Part shown: positions 38,171-47,302 of the stretch, one piece after another
How the letters are laid out: each line of letters opens with the position of its first letter
Numbering within the stretch: position 1 is the first letter of the stretch
IMG/VR virus record: IMGVR_UViG_3300018083_000033
Span: 1 to 56,326 of that record
Source: a virus
Lineage: Duplodnaviria > Caudoviricetes
Strand: one strand, 5' to 3'
DNA length: 56,326 nucleotides
Notes under the pieces: generated by a model
What the model saw: the letters and a program-made list of their open reading frames with translations, nothing else
Told to the model about the DNA's origin: nothing
Databases searched by the model: none
Translations under genes and position numbers: made by a program

Positions 38171-39093
38171 GTGGAGCACTGGCGATAGTCGAGCCGTCGC
38201 ACGTCGCGACGTTCGACCGTGAACAGGTCGATCTGATTAAGCGGACGATCGCGAAGGGCGCGTCAGACGACGAGTTGGCGCTGTTCCTTCAGAACTGCAA
38301 GCGCACAGGGTTGGACCCGTTCCAGCGGCAGATCTACGCCGTCAAGCGGTGGTCGAGCACGGACAACCGCGAAGTGATGTCCACGCAAGTGAGCATTGAC
38401 GGCTTCCGGCTGGTGGCTGAGCGCACCGGGGCCTACGAAGGGCAGACCGCCCCGCAGTGGTGCGACAAAGACGGGGCGTGGGTGGATGTCTGGCTGAAGC
38501 CTGAGCCGCCCGCGGCGTCCCGTATTGGCGTCTGGAGGCAGGGATTCCGCGAGCCGGCCTACGGGGTGGCCCGCTTCGCCGCCTACGCCCAAACGAAGCG
38601 TGACGGCTCCCTGACGGCTATGTGGCAGCGGATGCCAGACGTGATGATCGCCAAGTGCGCCGAGGCGCTGGCGCTTCGCAAGGCGTTCCCACAGGAACTC
38701 TCCGGCCTCTACACGGGCGACGAGATGGGCCAGGCCGAGAACGGCAAGGCTCAGGCCCTCGTGCCGCCAGCACAGACGCGCATCGCCCTGCCAGCCGGCA
38801 CGGTGCAGATCCTTAAAGTGGACCCGCAGACGGCCCGCGGCGTGTCGTGGTGCGTGGTGACCTACGTCGATGCCGCTGGGGTCGAGAACACGTTGCCGAC
38901 GCCGGCAGACGGCAAGGAAGCAGCCCTCGCGCATTTCGAGGCGCTGCTGCAGGACGGCGAGCCGGTGGTGCTGGAAACGAGCGTGACGCCACGGTCGAAG
39001 AAGACCGTCATCACGAAGGCGACGAAGCACAGCACGATCGAGAACGCCGCGATTGACGCGGAAGTGGTCTCGAAGGATGCCGGCGCGTTCTAA
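38167..39093 (+). CDS. bet: Phage recombination protein Bet (RecT/Bet single-strand annealing family)
   Basis: [48 protein letters not shown]. Confidence 0.93.
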   Translation: MSGALAIVEPSHVATFDREQVDLIKRTIAKGASDDELALFLQNCKRTGLDPFQRQIYAVKRWSSTDNREVMSTQVSIDGFRLVAERTGAYEGQTAPQWCDKDGAWVDVWLKPEPPAASRIGVWRQGFREPAYGVARFAAYAQTKRDGSLTAMWQRMPDVMIAKCAEALALRKAFPQELSGLYTGDEMGQAENGKAQALVPPAQTRIALPAGTVQILKVDPQTARGVSWCVVTYVDAAGVENTLPTPADGKEAALAHFEALLQDGEPVVLETSVTPRSKKTVITKATKHSTIENAAIDAEVVSKDAGAF

Positions 39094-39588
39094 GGAATAC
39101 GCCCGCGAACATTACCGGCGGTGTCGTGAGGAGGGCAGATGCACGGTCTGTTTGAAGCCAGCGGCGCCGTTCGTGAGGTGCTTCCGGTGTCGAGTGAAGC
39201 ACAGCCAGCGGCAGGCGCGGTACGAGCAGCGGTTGAAGCATTGCCCGCCTCCACCTGTGAGCACGGATGGACCGTGACGTTACGCAAGGGCGTGATTTGT
39301 CTCGCCTGCGGTCACTTGGAGGCCAAGGGGCCGGCGAAGATTCTGAAATTTGTGAGGCCGTCATGAACTGGTGGAACGCGGAGCCGGGGGCGTTGATGAG
39401 CGACGACGAGCAGTACGACGAACCGCAGCCCGCGCCGTTGCGGATTCCCTGCCGGCGTCCTGACTGCCGACGGATGGCGGTGACGTTCGATCAGCCGTCC
39501 CAGACAGCCGTCTGCCGCGCGTGTCAGGACGTGCTGCAACGGTTGCGCGAGTTGAAACATTCAGCGGTGGCGTAGGGAGGCTACGACG

Positions 39589-39873
39589 ATGGACTTCTGT
39601 GCAAACGCGGGCGAGCCCTTCGTGGGCATGTCCTGTGACATCTGCGATCGAGAGATTGAGGCGGGGCAGGCGGTTCGGCACGACATCGACGGGGACGCGA
39701 CCGGCGTCAAGGTGCGTGCCCGGTGCGCCTGCTGCCACGACAAGGCGATTGAGATTGCCCGTGCGGCCCTGATGGTGGCCGAGGGGATCGCGCGGTGCTC
39801 GTCCAGTGCGGCGGTGGCGGCGGATTCGATCCTGTTGCATGCGCGGCTGCATGGGCATGAGGTGGCGGCGTGA
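39589..39873 (+). CDS. Cys-containing hypothetical protein
   Basis: GGAGG RBS; CDIC...CACC. Confidence 0.5.
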   Translation: MDFCANAGEPFVGMSCDICDREIEAGQAVRHDIDGDATGVKVRARCACCHDKAIEIARAALMVAEGIARCSSSAAVAADSILLHARLHGHEVAA

Positions 39874-40042
39874 CCCCACACCAGATGGCGTTCATTCGTT
39901 CCTGCCCTGACCACTGGATCGACATGGTGGAGAACATCCTGGCGATGTTTGAAGACTCAGGGGCGGCGTTGGCGGCGTTTCACGACGAACGGACACGGCG
40001 GCAGACGGCGAAGAAGGACGAACCGCGAGCGGGTGAGGCGGC

Positions 40043-40378
40043 GTGACCGTTCGCGACATGGTAGCGGCCATCTCCACAGAGCTGCGGGATACCGACGTCG
40101 CCCCGGAGCGTGCCGCACAGTTGCTCGCCAAGCTCACGGCGCTCCTCGGGAACTGCAATACCGAAATCCGGTTCGCCGATGCCTGTTACGCGGAAGTGCT
40201 GCTCACCTGTTTGACGACAGACGAAGCGGCCTCACGGGCCAAGATTCGCGCGGAGACCACGCCGCAGTATCAGCGCAAGCGGGAAGCGCGGGACACGAAG
40301 GAGCTCGTGATTGAGATGGTTCGGTCGCTGAAATATATCCTGCGGGCGGCTGAGGAAGAAATGAGGCTCAGCCGCTGA
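40043..40378 (+). CDS. Hypothetical coiled-coil protein
   Basis: Helical; coupled to the next gene. Confidence 0.6.
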   Translation: MTVRDMVAAISTELRDTDVAPERAAQLLAKLTALLGNCNTEIRFADACYAEVLLTCLTTDEAASRAKIRAETTPQYQRKREARDTKELVIEMVRSLKYILRAAEEEMRLSR

Positions 40379-40806
40379 TGGCAATCGATTACAGCGGCTT
40401 CGCCTTCCCGAAGGGCACGCCAGCCGGCGTCGCACGTCACCAGCGGAAGGCCGCGAAGGCGGACCAGCTCGCCGAGGCGTATGCGGTGGTCGATACCCGC
40501 GATCAGTCCTATTGCCGCGTGACGGGCCGGCACACGGTCCCTGCGGCGGTGGATCCGCGCGTGCGGCGTGAGCATCATCACCTGAAGGGCCGGCGCGTGA
40601 TGCCCGAGTGGCGGCACGACCCCAAGCGCATCGTGACGGTGTGCAAGCAGGCGCACGATCTGATTACGGCGGGCTGGATTGTGGTGGAAGGGCTTGACGC
40701 CGACAAGCCGCACGGGCTGCGCTTTCACTGGAAGGAAGGGCTCGACCCAAAGATGAAGATTCTGGTCATCAAAAGCCGCCGACGTTCGCAGCAGGAGGCC
40801 GAATGA
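40378..40806 (+). CDS. HNH-like protein
   Basis: RDQSYCRVTG...EHHHL...IVTVCKQAHDLI. Confidence 0.65.
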   Translation: MAIDYSGFAFPKGTPAGVARHQRKAAKADQLAEAYAVVDTRDQSYCRVTGRHTVPAAVDPRVRREHHHLKGRRVMPEWRHDPKRIVTVCKQAHDLITAGWIVVEGLDADKPHGLRFHWKEGLDPKMKILVIKSRRRSQQEAE

Positions 40807-41000
40807 GCCCAGACATTTCGATGTGTCCCGACATGCAGTGCCCCCAGGCGCGGGACTGTTACCGCAGCCCAACGAGTGGGACGGTGCCCGATCCGCTGCG
40901 GCAGTCCTGGCTGGAGCGCTCGCCTCGGCCGAGTGGGGCGGATCGCTGTTATCTCTACTGGTCGATCACGGCGGCGACGACGCCGAAGGATGCCGCGTGA
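40803..41000 (+). CDS. Small Cys-rich hypothetical protein
   Basis: DISMC...CPQARDCYR motif. Confidence 0.6.
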   Translation: MSPDISMCPDMQCPQARDCYRSPTSGTVPDPLRQSWLERSPRPSGADRCYLYWSITAATTPKDAA

Positions 41001-41473
41001 GCATAGTCGCGATCGATCCGGGCTGCGACCGGAGCGCGTGGATCCGCTACGACGGCCGTCGCGTGGTCGGTCACGGCAAGGAGGACAACGCCGAGATGCT
41101 GGATAGCGTGCTCGCACAGGCCGTCTTGGAGGGCGAGCGCGTCATCATCGAGCAGATCGCGAGCTACGGTATGCCGGTGGGCGCGGAGGTGTTCGCCACG
41201 GTGTTCTGGGCGGGCCGGTTCGCCCAGCGCGTCGGCTTCTACGACCTGATGCCTCGCAAGGCGGTCAAGTTGCACCTCTGCGGGCAGACGAAGGCGAAGG
41301 ACAGCAACATCCGCCAAGCCCTGATCGACAGGTTCGGCGGGAAGGACCAGGCCATCGGCAAGAAGGCCACGCCGGGGCCGCTCTACGGCATCAAGGCGGA
41401 CGAGTGGCAAGCCTTGGCCCTGGCGGTGACTTGGCACGACTTGAAGGTGGCGAATGCACGCAATCCCTTCTGA
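40997..41473 (+). CDS. RuvC-like Holliday junction resolvase
   Basis: IVAIDPG, VIIEQ, K..LCG..KAKD, DEWQALALA; GTG start 40997. Confidence 0.8.
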   Translation: MSIVAIDPGCDRSAWIRYDGRRVVGHGKEDNAEMLDSVLAQAVLEGERVIIEQIASYGMPVGAEVFATVFWAGRFAQRVGFYDLMPRKAVKLHLCGQTKAKDSNIRQALIDRFGGKDQAIGKKATPGPLYGIKADEWQALALAVTWHDLKVANARNPF

Positions 41474-41512
41474 GGCGGATGTGCAGGAGTTGATACACAA
41501 GGGGAAGGTGAC

Positions 41513-41767
41513 GTGGTAGAGCACGACAAAGATCAGTCGCGAATGGACAGTTCGTGCCAACTCGCGGGGCAGCGGGCTACCGCGCCGACCGCCGTCGCTG
41601 ATTCGATCAAGTTCCTGCGCCTGCTGTTGTCCGATTGTGGGGAAGGGGCGAACGAGCACGGCTGGCGTGAGTGTCCGCGCTGCCTCGCGTTCGACTTGTT
41701 GCAGAACCGTGACCGCACGGCATTGCGGCTGATTAAGTCGGCCGTCAAGGCGCTGGAGTGCCGTTGA
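41513..41767 (+). CDS. Hypothetical protein (N-terminus encoded by repeat B)
   Basis: ORF overlapping the methyltransferase start. Confidence 0.5.
   Translation: MVEHDKDQSRMDSSCQLAGQRATAPTAVADSIKFLRLLLSDCGEGANEHGWRECPRCLAFDLLQNRDRTALRLIKSAVKALECR
41528..41608 (+). repeat. Dispersed repeat copy B
   Basis: AAAGATCAGTCGCGAATGGACAG...GCTACCGCGCCGACCGCCGTCGCTGATTCGATC. Confidence 0.85.
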
Positions 41768-42573
41768 CGCCCTACTATCAAGATGCGGCCGTGACGTTGG
41801 TTCTCGGTGACTGCTTGGATGTCATGTCTGATCTGCCGCCGGTCGATCACGTCATCACAGATCCGCCGTATGCGTTGGTGGTTGTTAACAGCTCGAAGGG
41901 TGCGCCTCGCGGCAGTATCGGCGCGCAAGAGCGCAGGGATCTCGGTTACGCAGGCGTCACCGATGACCAGCGGATAGCGGCCGGGGCGCATATTGGACGG
42001 CTGGCCCAACGATGGGCGCTGGTGTTCTGTGACGCGGAGAGCCTGACGTCGTGGCGTATGGCGCTCGAGGCTGGCGGCATGAAACACGCGCGCATGGGTG
42101 CGTGGGTGTCACCGGCTTGCACGCCGCAATTCACAGGGGACAGGCCTGGAACGGGCTGGGAAGCCTGCGAGATCGCGCACGCATCCAACGGGCGGTGGCG
42201 GTGGAACGGTGGCGGGCAACCGGCTGTGTGGGTGTTCAATCGGCCGATTAACGGCACGCTGGAGCGCCTACAGGCGTCACACCCGACACCGAAGCCGCTG
42301 GCCCTGCTCGACACCATCGTGCAGCAATTCACCGACCCTGGAGACGTAATCCTCGACCCGTTCGCCGGGAGCGGCACGACGCTGATCGCTGCCAAGCGGC
42401 TCGGGCGCAGGGCCATCGGCATTGAGGCGAACGAGCAATACGCCGAAACCATCGCCCGCCGTCTTTCTCAAGGGGCGCTGGAACTATTCGGAGCCTCCGA
42501 TGCGGTAGATCCCCATGCCGGTAGCACGGGAAAGCCGCCCACGCGCGACGGCGATCTTTTGGAATCGGCCTGA
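41758..42573 (+). CDS. Orphan DNA N6-adenine/N4-cytosine methyltransferase (beta class)
   Basis: GDCL, TDPPY, HPTPKP, LDPFAGSGTT. Confidence 0.93.
   Translation: MPLTPYYQDAAVTLVLGDCLDVMSDLPPVDHVITDPPYALVVVNSSKGAPRGSIGAQERRDLGYAGVTDDQRIAAGAHIGRLAQRWALVFCDAESLTSWRMALEAGGMKHARMGAWVSPACTPQFTGDRPGTGWEACEIAHASNGRWRWNGGGQPAVWVFNRPINGTLERLQASHPTPKPLALLDTIVQQFTDPGDVILDPFAGSGTTLIAAKRLGRRAIGIEANEQYAETIARRLSQGALELFGASDAVDPHAGSTGKPPTRDGDLLESA
42493..42560 (-). repeat. Dispersed repeat copy G (degenerate)
   Basis: Reverse complement AAAAGATCGCCGTCGCGCGTGG-N29-TCTACCGCATCGGAGGC. Confidence 0.6.
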
Positions 42574-42605
42574 AGTTGTCGGAGTTCGATCACTAGGTAA
42601 CAGAG

Positions 42606-42666
42606 AAGAGAAGACCTCTGCGCGGCGAGCCACGAGACGCTGATTCGATGCAACACGCCACCGCGG
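42606..42666 (+). repeat. Dispersed repeat copy H (degenerate)
   Basis: AAGACCTCTGCGCG...GCCACCGCG with family spacing; also contains CGCTGATTCGAT. Confidence 0.45.
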
Positions 42667-42690
42667 GGAAGAACGAGCCGGAGCGAACAA

Positions 42691-42924
42691 ATGACCGTGT
42701 ACGTGTTGAGAGATCTCGGCAACGGCGAAGGCCGGAAATATATCTGGTGGCACACGTCAAGCGTGAAGGCCGACCAGCAACACCGCAGGCATGCCGCAAC
42801 GCCATCTCGGTTCTCTCCGCTGTCGGCGCGGGAAGATGTGGCGTTCGCTGAGTTGTCCTCGGACTATGAGCCCATCGCTGGTTGTCTGTCGCCGAACTAC
42901 TGGAAGAGGAAGGACGGGCGGTGA
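42691..42924 (+). CDS. Hypothetical protein
   Basis: GGAG RBS; protein-like composition. Confidence 0.5.
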   Translation: MTVYVLRDLGNGEGRKYIWWHTSSVKADQQHRRHAATPSRFSPLSAREDVAFAELSSDYEPIAGCLSPNYWKRKDGR

Positions 42925-43517
42925 CTGGTGACAGACCAGCGAGGGAGCGGGAAGCGCGGCAAGGCGCCGCGTGCTCGTTCACGGGGAACACTCGGCGGAG
43001 CAGACCCTGACAATGCCGGTGAGGTTGTTTACCAAGACCGGCGCCCGTCATAACCGCAGGCTTATGATCTCGGCAAGATCATAAACGGAATGAATTGGAC
43101 AAGGTGGGCTGAGGTGGGAAATACTGGGGCGAACCGAGTCAGGGGTTGTGACCCTGCCCGGTTCATGCTGACAGGCGGTGTGGGACCGCTGCCAGTGCCC
43201 TACGCGATTCTCCCACACAACACATCACAGCGCATCCCGAGCAGCACGGCGGCGGGCGGGAATGCGTGCAAGCCCCTTACCCGGCGACTGCACAGGGGGC
43301 AGCGTGGAGCGCAATCCTAGAGCGCGCAGGGTGCCCCGATCAGCGGGGCCGAGAGTCTGGGAAGCGGAGCGGGCTGTATCCGAGACTCCGCCCGAAGGTG
43401 ACGGCCGAACGCCGAAAGGCATGGCACTGATCTCGAGGTGGCGCTACCCCAGTGCGGCGGTAGCTTTGCCTCGGCTCAAACCAAACAACCGAAGGCATCG
43501 CATACAGAACTAGAGGA
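42925..43517 (+). other. Hairpin-dense, apparently non-coding region (candidate origin or structured RNA)
   Basis: Many stems; no convincing ORF; precedes the replication gene. Confidence 0.5.
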
Positions 43518-43859
43518 TTGATGCTGCCAGAGTTTGAGGAACGCCGAGCAGTGGAACGGAGACGTGAGGCCGACGCGAACTTCCTGCGGTTCTGGGAGGC
43601 CTACCCCAGACGGCAAGCCAGGATCGACGCGGTGAAGGCGTGGAACCAGATTCGGCCGGATGCTGGAACCGTGGAGGCCATCTTAGCGGCCTTGGAATGG
43701 CAGCGGGAGACATGGGACAGCCCACAGTTCATTCCGTTACCAGCCTCGTATCTGCGCGGGCATCGCTGGGAGGACGAGCGGCCGGAGCAGCCCGCCAGCA
43801 AGTCCATGAGTGCGGGAGCCGCGGCGGTGTTTCGGGTGTTAGGAGGGAAGGCGTCGTGA
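43518..43859 (+). CDS. Replication initiator C-terminal-domain protein
   Basis: FLRFWEAYPRR...AVKAW...FIPLPASYLRGHRWEDE. Confidence 0.8.
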   Translation: MMLPEFEERRAVERRREADANFLRFWEAYPRRQARIDAVKAWNQIRPDAGTVEAILAALEWQRETWDSPQFIPLPASYLRGHRWEDERPEQPASKSMSAGAAAVFRVLGGKAS

Positions 43860-44107
43860 TGCTGTGCGGAGAGTGCCGGCACTACCAGCCAGCAGAACTC
43901 GATATCTGCTTGACCACGCCGGAGGAATGCACGCACCCGGCCACCGCTGCCGTCGATGTGGTGACCGGCAAGCGGTCGCGTGTGTGCCCTCGGGCTGCTC
44001 GGCGCGGCGCATGTGGGCCGGAGGCCGCGCTGTTTGAGGCGCGTCCGCCCGAGCCGCCATCGCGCGGCCTGTTTGAGTGGCTCCGCGATCGATGGGTGCG
44101 GATGTGA
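43859..44107 (+). CDS. Cys-rich hypothetical protein
   Basis: CGECRHY...CTHP...CGPEAALF. Confidence 0.55.
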   Translation: MLCGECRHYQPAELDICLTTPEECTHPATAAVDVVTGKRSRVCPRAARRGACGPEAALFEARPPEPPSRGLFEWLRDRWVRM

Positions 44108-44385
44108 CGCTCGTCGCGCATATGGCCCGCAAGTGGGACTCGAAGGGCGAAGCGAGCCTGCGGGCAGCACAGGCGGCGTTTCGGCAGTATCGCGGCGAGG
44201 ATGGCTACGCGGAGCGCGAGGCGGCGATTGCGGCGCTGCCGGTGGCAGAGTGGAAGGGCCGTCAGCTTCGTGCGTTCCGCTGCCACGGCGAGACAGGTAA
44301 GGGGCCGCATGACGTGAACGTGCCGGAGTCGCTACTGTGGGTGCTTATTGGATTGGACCGCTGGAAATGTCCGTATCACGCATAG
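44104..44385 (+). CDS. Hypothetical protein
   Basis: GTGA-coupled. Confidence 0.5.
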   Translation: MTLVAHMARKWDSKGEASLRAAQAAFRQYRGEDGYAEREAAIAALPVAEWKGRQLRAFRCHGETGKGPHDVNVPESLLWVLIGLDRWKCPYHA

Positions 44386-44454
44386 CCGCCGACGCGGTAG
44401 CAAGTGCGGTCGAGTAACCACAGGCTGTCCATTCGCGCAGAAGTCTTGTCTTTC
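44372..44454 (-). repeat. Dispersed repeat copy D
   Basis: Reverse complement GAAAGACAAGACTTCTGCGCGAATGGACAG...GCTACCGCGTCGGCGGC...GTGATACG. Confidence 0.85.
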
Positions 44455-44490
44455 GTGTTGGGTATGGGTGTGAGGGAAGCGGGAGGCGTC

Positions 44491-44766
44491 GTGAGCGAGT
44501 GGCAACCGATTGAGACAGCGCCGAAGATGCGGAAGGTGATTGTGTTCTACCGCAACGCGCTGGGCAATGGGCGTTGCGTGATGGCGTGCGATTACGCGGC
44601 CCATTCACTCGAAATGCACGACGACTATGCCGACGTGGCCGAGTTCGAAGGGGAGACGTCCTATGCGCCGGCCGGTTGGTATGAGGAGCATGAGGCGGAC
44701 GAGCCGTTGATGCCCCTCAGTGAACGGCCAACCCACTGGATGCCCTTACCGGAGCCTCCCAAGTGA
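44491..44766 (+). CDS. DUF551-like protein
   Basis: SEWQPIETAPK...PTHWMPLPEPP. Confidence 0.85.
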   Translation: MSEWQPIETAPKMRKVIVFYRNALGNGRCVMACDYAAHSLEMHDDYADVAEFEGETSYAPAGWYEEHEADEPLMPLSERPTHWMPLPEPPK

Positions 44767-45209
44767 ACGAGACGCGCGAGATTGGGATGGCGCTGGCGAC
44801 ACTGGCGGAAGCGTACGGGCTTCGAGACCTGACCCCAGCCCGGATCAAAATCTACGAGCGGGCGCTGAAGAAGATCCCGGTGGCCTTACTGAGTCCGATG
44901 GTCGAGCACTGCATCGACACCCGGAAGCCGTATGGGCGGGACTGGTTGCCGAGCGTGGAAGAACTCAGGGCGGATGCGGAGTGGGCACGGCAGGACATCT
45001 TAAAGCGCACGCCCTATGAAATGTGCGCGCAATGCGAGGACAGCCAGGGCTGGCTCGAGATCGAGCAGGACGGGGTGAAGCGGCTACGTCGCTGCTCGTG
45101 CAGGGCCGCATATTTGGCAAAGCTAGACGGCCTCGGGGCGATCGGAGAGACGTTGAGCCTGCCGCCTGTGCAGGAGTTTCGGCAACTGACGGCCGGGGAG
45201 ATGGACTGA
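44763..45209 (+). CDS. Putative helicase loader/inhibitor-like replication protein
   Basis: LAEAYG...IYERAL...WLPSVEELR then a CxxC...CxC zinc site. Confidence 0.55.
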   Translation: MNETREIGMALATLAEAYGLRDLTPARIKIYERALKKIPVALLSPMVEHCIDTRKPYGRDWLPSVEELRADAEWARQDILKRTPYEMCAQCEDSQGWLEIEQDGVKRLRRCSCRAAYLAKLDGLGAIGETLSLPPVQEFRQLTAGEMD

Positions 45210-45384
45210 TGCCACAGGTCGATCATTCTGTGTGGGTTCTGATGTGGAAATACTTTGACGGTTCAGCCTTTGAGGTGGTGCGAGCCTACACCAGCCAAGA
45301 GCGCGCCGCAGAGGACTTCGAACTCGTGGCAAAGAACGAGGACGCCAAGAAGTGGGAGCTCAAACAGGTGCCGTGGTATCAGCG

Positions 45385-45828
45385 ATGAGCCTCGACGCCG
45401 ACGACATCAGCCAGCAGATCGACGCCCATCTGAAGCGCATCAGGGCAGAAGGGCAATTCAGGGTAGACGGCTGGGCGGGCTATGCCTGCGAGTTGATGCC
45501 CGATATGGACGACCGCTGCCGGATCTGCCACGAGCGGGAAGCGGGACGAGGGCGGCGGGTGTGCCATCGCTGCGAGCGGGCCTCGAGGGGCACGCCAAGG
45601 GTGCCCGTCCTGAAGCCCTACGTGCCCGAACTGGAGCGCGGGAGGGGACGGCCCAAGGGTGAGCCCAAGCCCGTCCTGATGTGCCGTGTGTGCCACATCT
45701 ACCGGCCCGCCAAGCATCGGACGCGGTGTAGCAAATGTCTGCATAAGGCGAGACTGGCGAATGGCTACAACGAGAAGCGCAGCGAAGCACGCAAAGCGGC
45801 CGGCGCGGTAGCACGGGAGGCGGAATGA
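45385..45828 (+). CDS. Cys-rich hypothetical protein
   Basis: Four CxxC motifs; AT-hook-like GRGRPK. Confidence 0.55.
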   Translation: MSLDADDISQQIDAHLKRIRAEGQFRVDGWAGYACELMPDMDDRCRICHEREAGRGRRVCHRCERASRGTPRVPVLKPYVPELERGRGRPKGEPKPVLMCRVCHIYRPAKHRTRCSKCLHKARLANGYNEKRSEARKAAGAVAREAE

Positions 45829-45870
45829 CTCTCAGGGTACGCCATCGCGCAGAAGGCTCTAAGTCTTTCT
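45783..45870 (-). repeat. Dispersed repeat copy E
   Basis: Reverse complement AAAGACTTAGAGCCTTCTGCGCGATGG-N29-GCTACCGCGCCGGCCGC. Confidence 0.7.
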
Positions 45871-45885
45871 CTTTCTAGGAGTTGC

Positions 45886-46461
45886 ATGGAGACACCGGGA
45901 GCGCAGGAGCAGGCACAAGGGAAGGCACAGGAGACGCGGACCTTCCCGATTATGGGGCGGCGCGTGACTGAGCGCGGCGTTAGCATTCCGTGGGCGCTGA
46001 TTGCTCCACACGAGGCACAGGCGCTCGTCAATCACGGCGGTCAGACGTTGGAGCGGCTTGCCGAGCGTGGCGGGCTGGCACCCTGTGAGGCGCTGGCCGT
46101 GCTGGAAGACCGAACGTGGCGAGCAATACCGCCCGGTTACGCCGAAGACGACCTCGCGCAGTTCGTAGCCAAAGCGTTCGCCACACTTTCAGCCGATCTC
46201 ACCGCCACCCGTCAGGCCCGAGAGGAGGCCGAACGGGAACGAGACGCGATGCAACGACGCGCCGAAGCGGCCGAGGACGACTGGCAAGTCGCTGAGAAGC
46301 GCGCAGAAGCCGCCGAAGCCCTGCGTGCTGCCCTCCTCCAGCAGATAGCGAAGCTGCGAGACGAGATGTATGCCTGGCAGGGATTGAGCGACGTGCGGAT
46401 GCGGCAGATCCGCGACTGGCGCGAACGACTCGCTGCCGCCCTCTCTGAAGGGAAGGAGTAG
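45886..46461 (+). CDS. Hypothetical protein
   Basis: IPWALIAPHEAQALVNHGGQTLERLAERGGL motif plus coiled coil; AGGAG RBS. Confidence 0.7.
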   Translation: METPGAQEQAQGKAQETRTFPIMGRRVTERGVSIPWALIAPHEAQALVNHGGQTLERLAERGGLAPCEALAVLEDRTWRAIPPGYAEDDLAQFVAKAFATLSADLTATRQAREEAERERDAMQRRAEAAEDDWQVAEKRAEAAEALRAALLQQIAKLRDEMYAWQGLSDVRMRQIRDWRERLAAALSEGKE

Positions 46462-46650
46462 ACCGTTGACCGCACGGAACGAGATTCTGGCAAGGACCGC
46501 CGACATCATCTTGCATTGTCGCGACGACTTCGGCGGCGATTACGCGCCGGCCCACGCCAAGCGAGACATCGCGGCACTCGCTGCGATGCTTGCGCTGATC
46601 GTGCAAAGCACTAAAGACGAAGCGTGGCACCCGCCAGTACGGAAAGCCGA

Positions 46651-46929
46651 GTGACCGAAGAACGCCGCCACCAACCAGACCGGAAAGTCCTCAACGGCGA
46701 GCGGGCCGGGGATCAGTCTCTCCGTAAGGCCGTGGCTGACCGTATCGCCGCGGCTCGAGAGGCGCGTGGCCTGACCATCCAACAACTCGCCGATCTCGCC
46801 GGCATGCACTACCAGACGGTGCGGGAGGCGCTTTACCATCAGGTCGATCCGAAGCTCTCCACGCTGATTGCTCTTTCAGCCGCCCTCGACATTCCGCTTA
46901 CAGAATTAGTCAAGCCACGCGCGGCATAG
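46651..46929 (+). CDS. XRE-family HTH regulator
   Basis: RGLTIQQLADLAGMHYQTV...DPKLSTLIALSAALD. Confidence 0.85.
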   Translation: MTEERRHQPDRKVLNGERAGDQSLRKAVADRIAAAREARGLTIQQLADLAGMHYQTVREALYHQVDPKLSTLIALSAALDIPLTELVKPRAA

Positions 46930-47061
46930 GCCCGTTAGGTTACTTTCTCGCCTTTGCGCTCTCTTACCCTGTGAGCAGGCCGTAGTGCGTCGGTCGTCAG
47001 GGGTTCCATGTCACTGATCGACATTCACGTCCATTCCTCACCCTCAGATTTAGGAGACATC

Positions 47062-47298
47062 ATGGCAAAACTCGATGCCTTGCTGGCCGAAGTGGCCGAG
47101 CTCAAGACGGTGGCGGCGAGTGCGGAAGCGCTGCTCGCGGGCCTCTCGGATGCGCTGAAGGCGGCTGGCAGTGACCAGGCGGCGATTGATGCCGTTGTGG
47201 CCGATCTCGACGCGCAGACTGCTGAACTGGCGGCAGCGGTGGCCGCGAACACGCCTGCGGCACCTCCGGCAGATCCACCGCCCGCCGATCAGGTCTAA
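47062..47298 (+). CDS. Ala-rich helical hypothetical protein
   Basis: AGGAG RBS; LAAAVAANTP ending. Confidence 0.65.
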   Translation: MAKLDALLAEVAELKTVAASAEALLAGLSDALKAAGSDQAAIDAVVADLDAQTAELAAAVAANTPAAPPADPPPADQV

Positions 47299-47302
47299 CA
47301 CC

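Noticed and set aside
33047-43082. Shared 12-mer CGGCAAGATCAT at 33047 and 43071
   Set aside because: 12-bp matches are expected by chance in a 56-kb GC-rich sequence
30475-45870. Reading the box-spacer-box repeats as a CRISPR array
   Set aside because: Copies are dispersed, in both orientations, with different flanking boxes, and no cas genes are present
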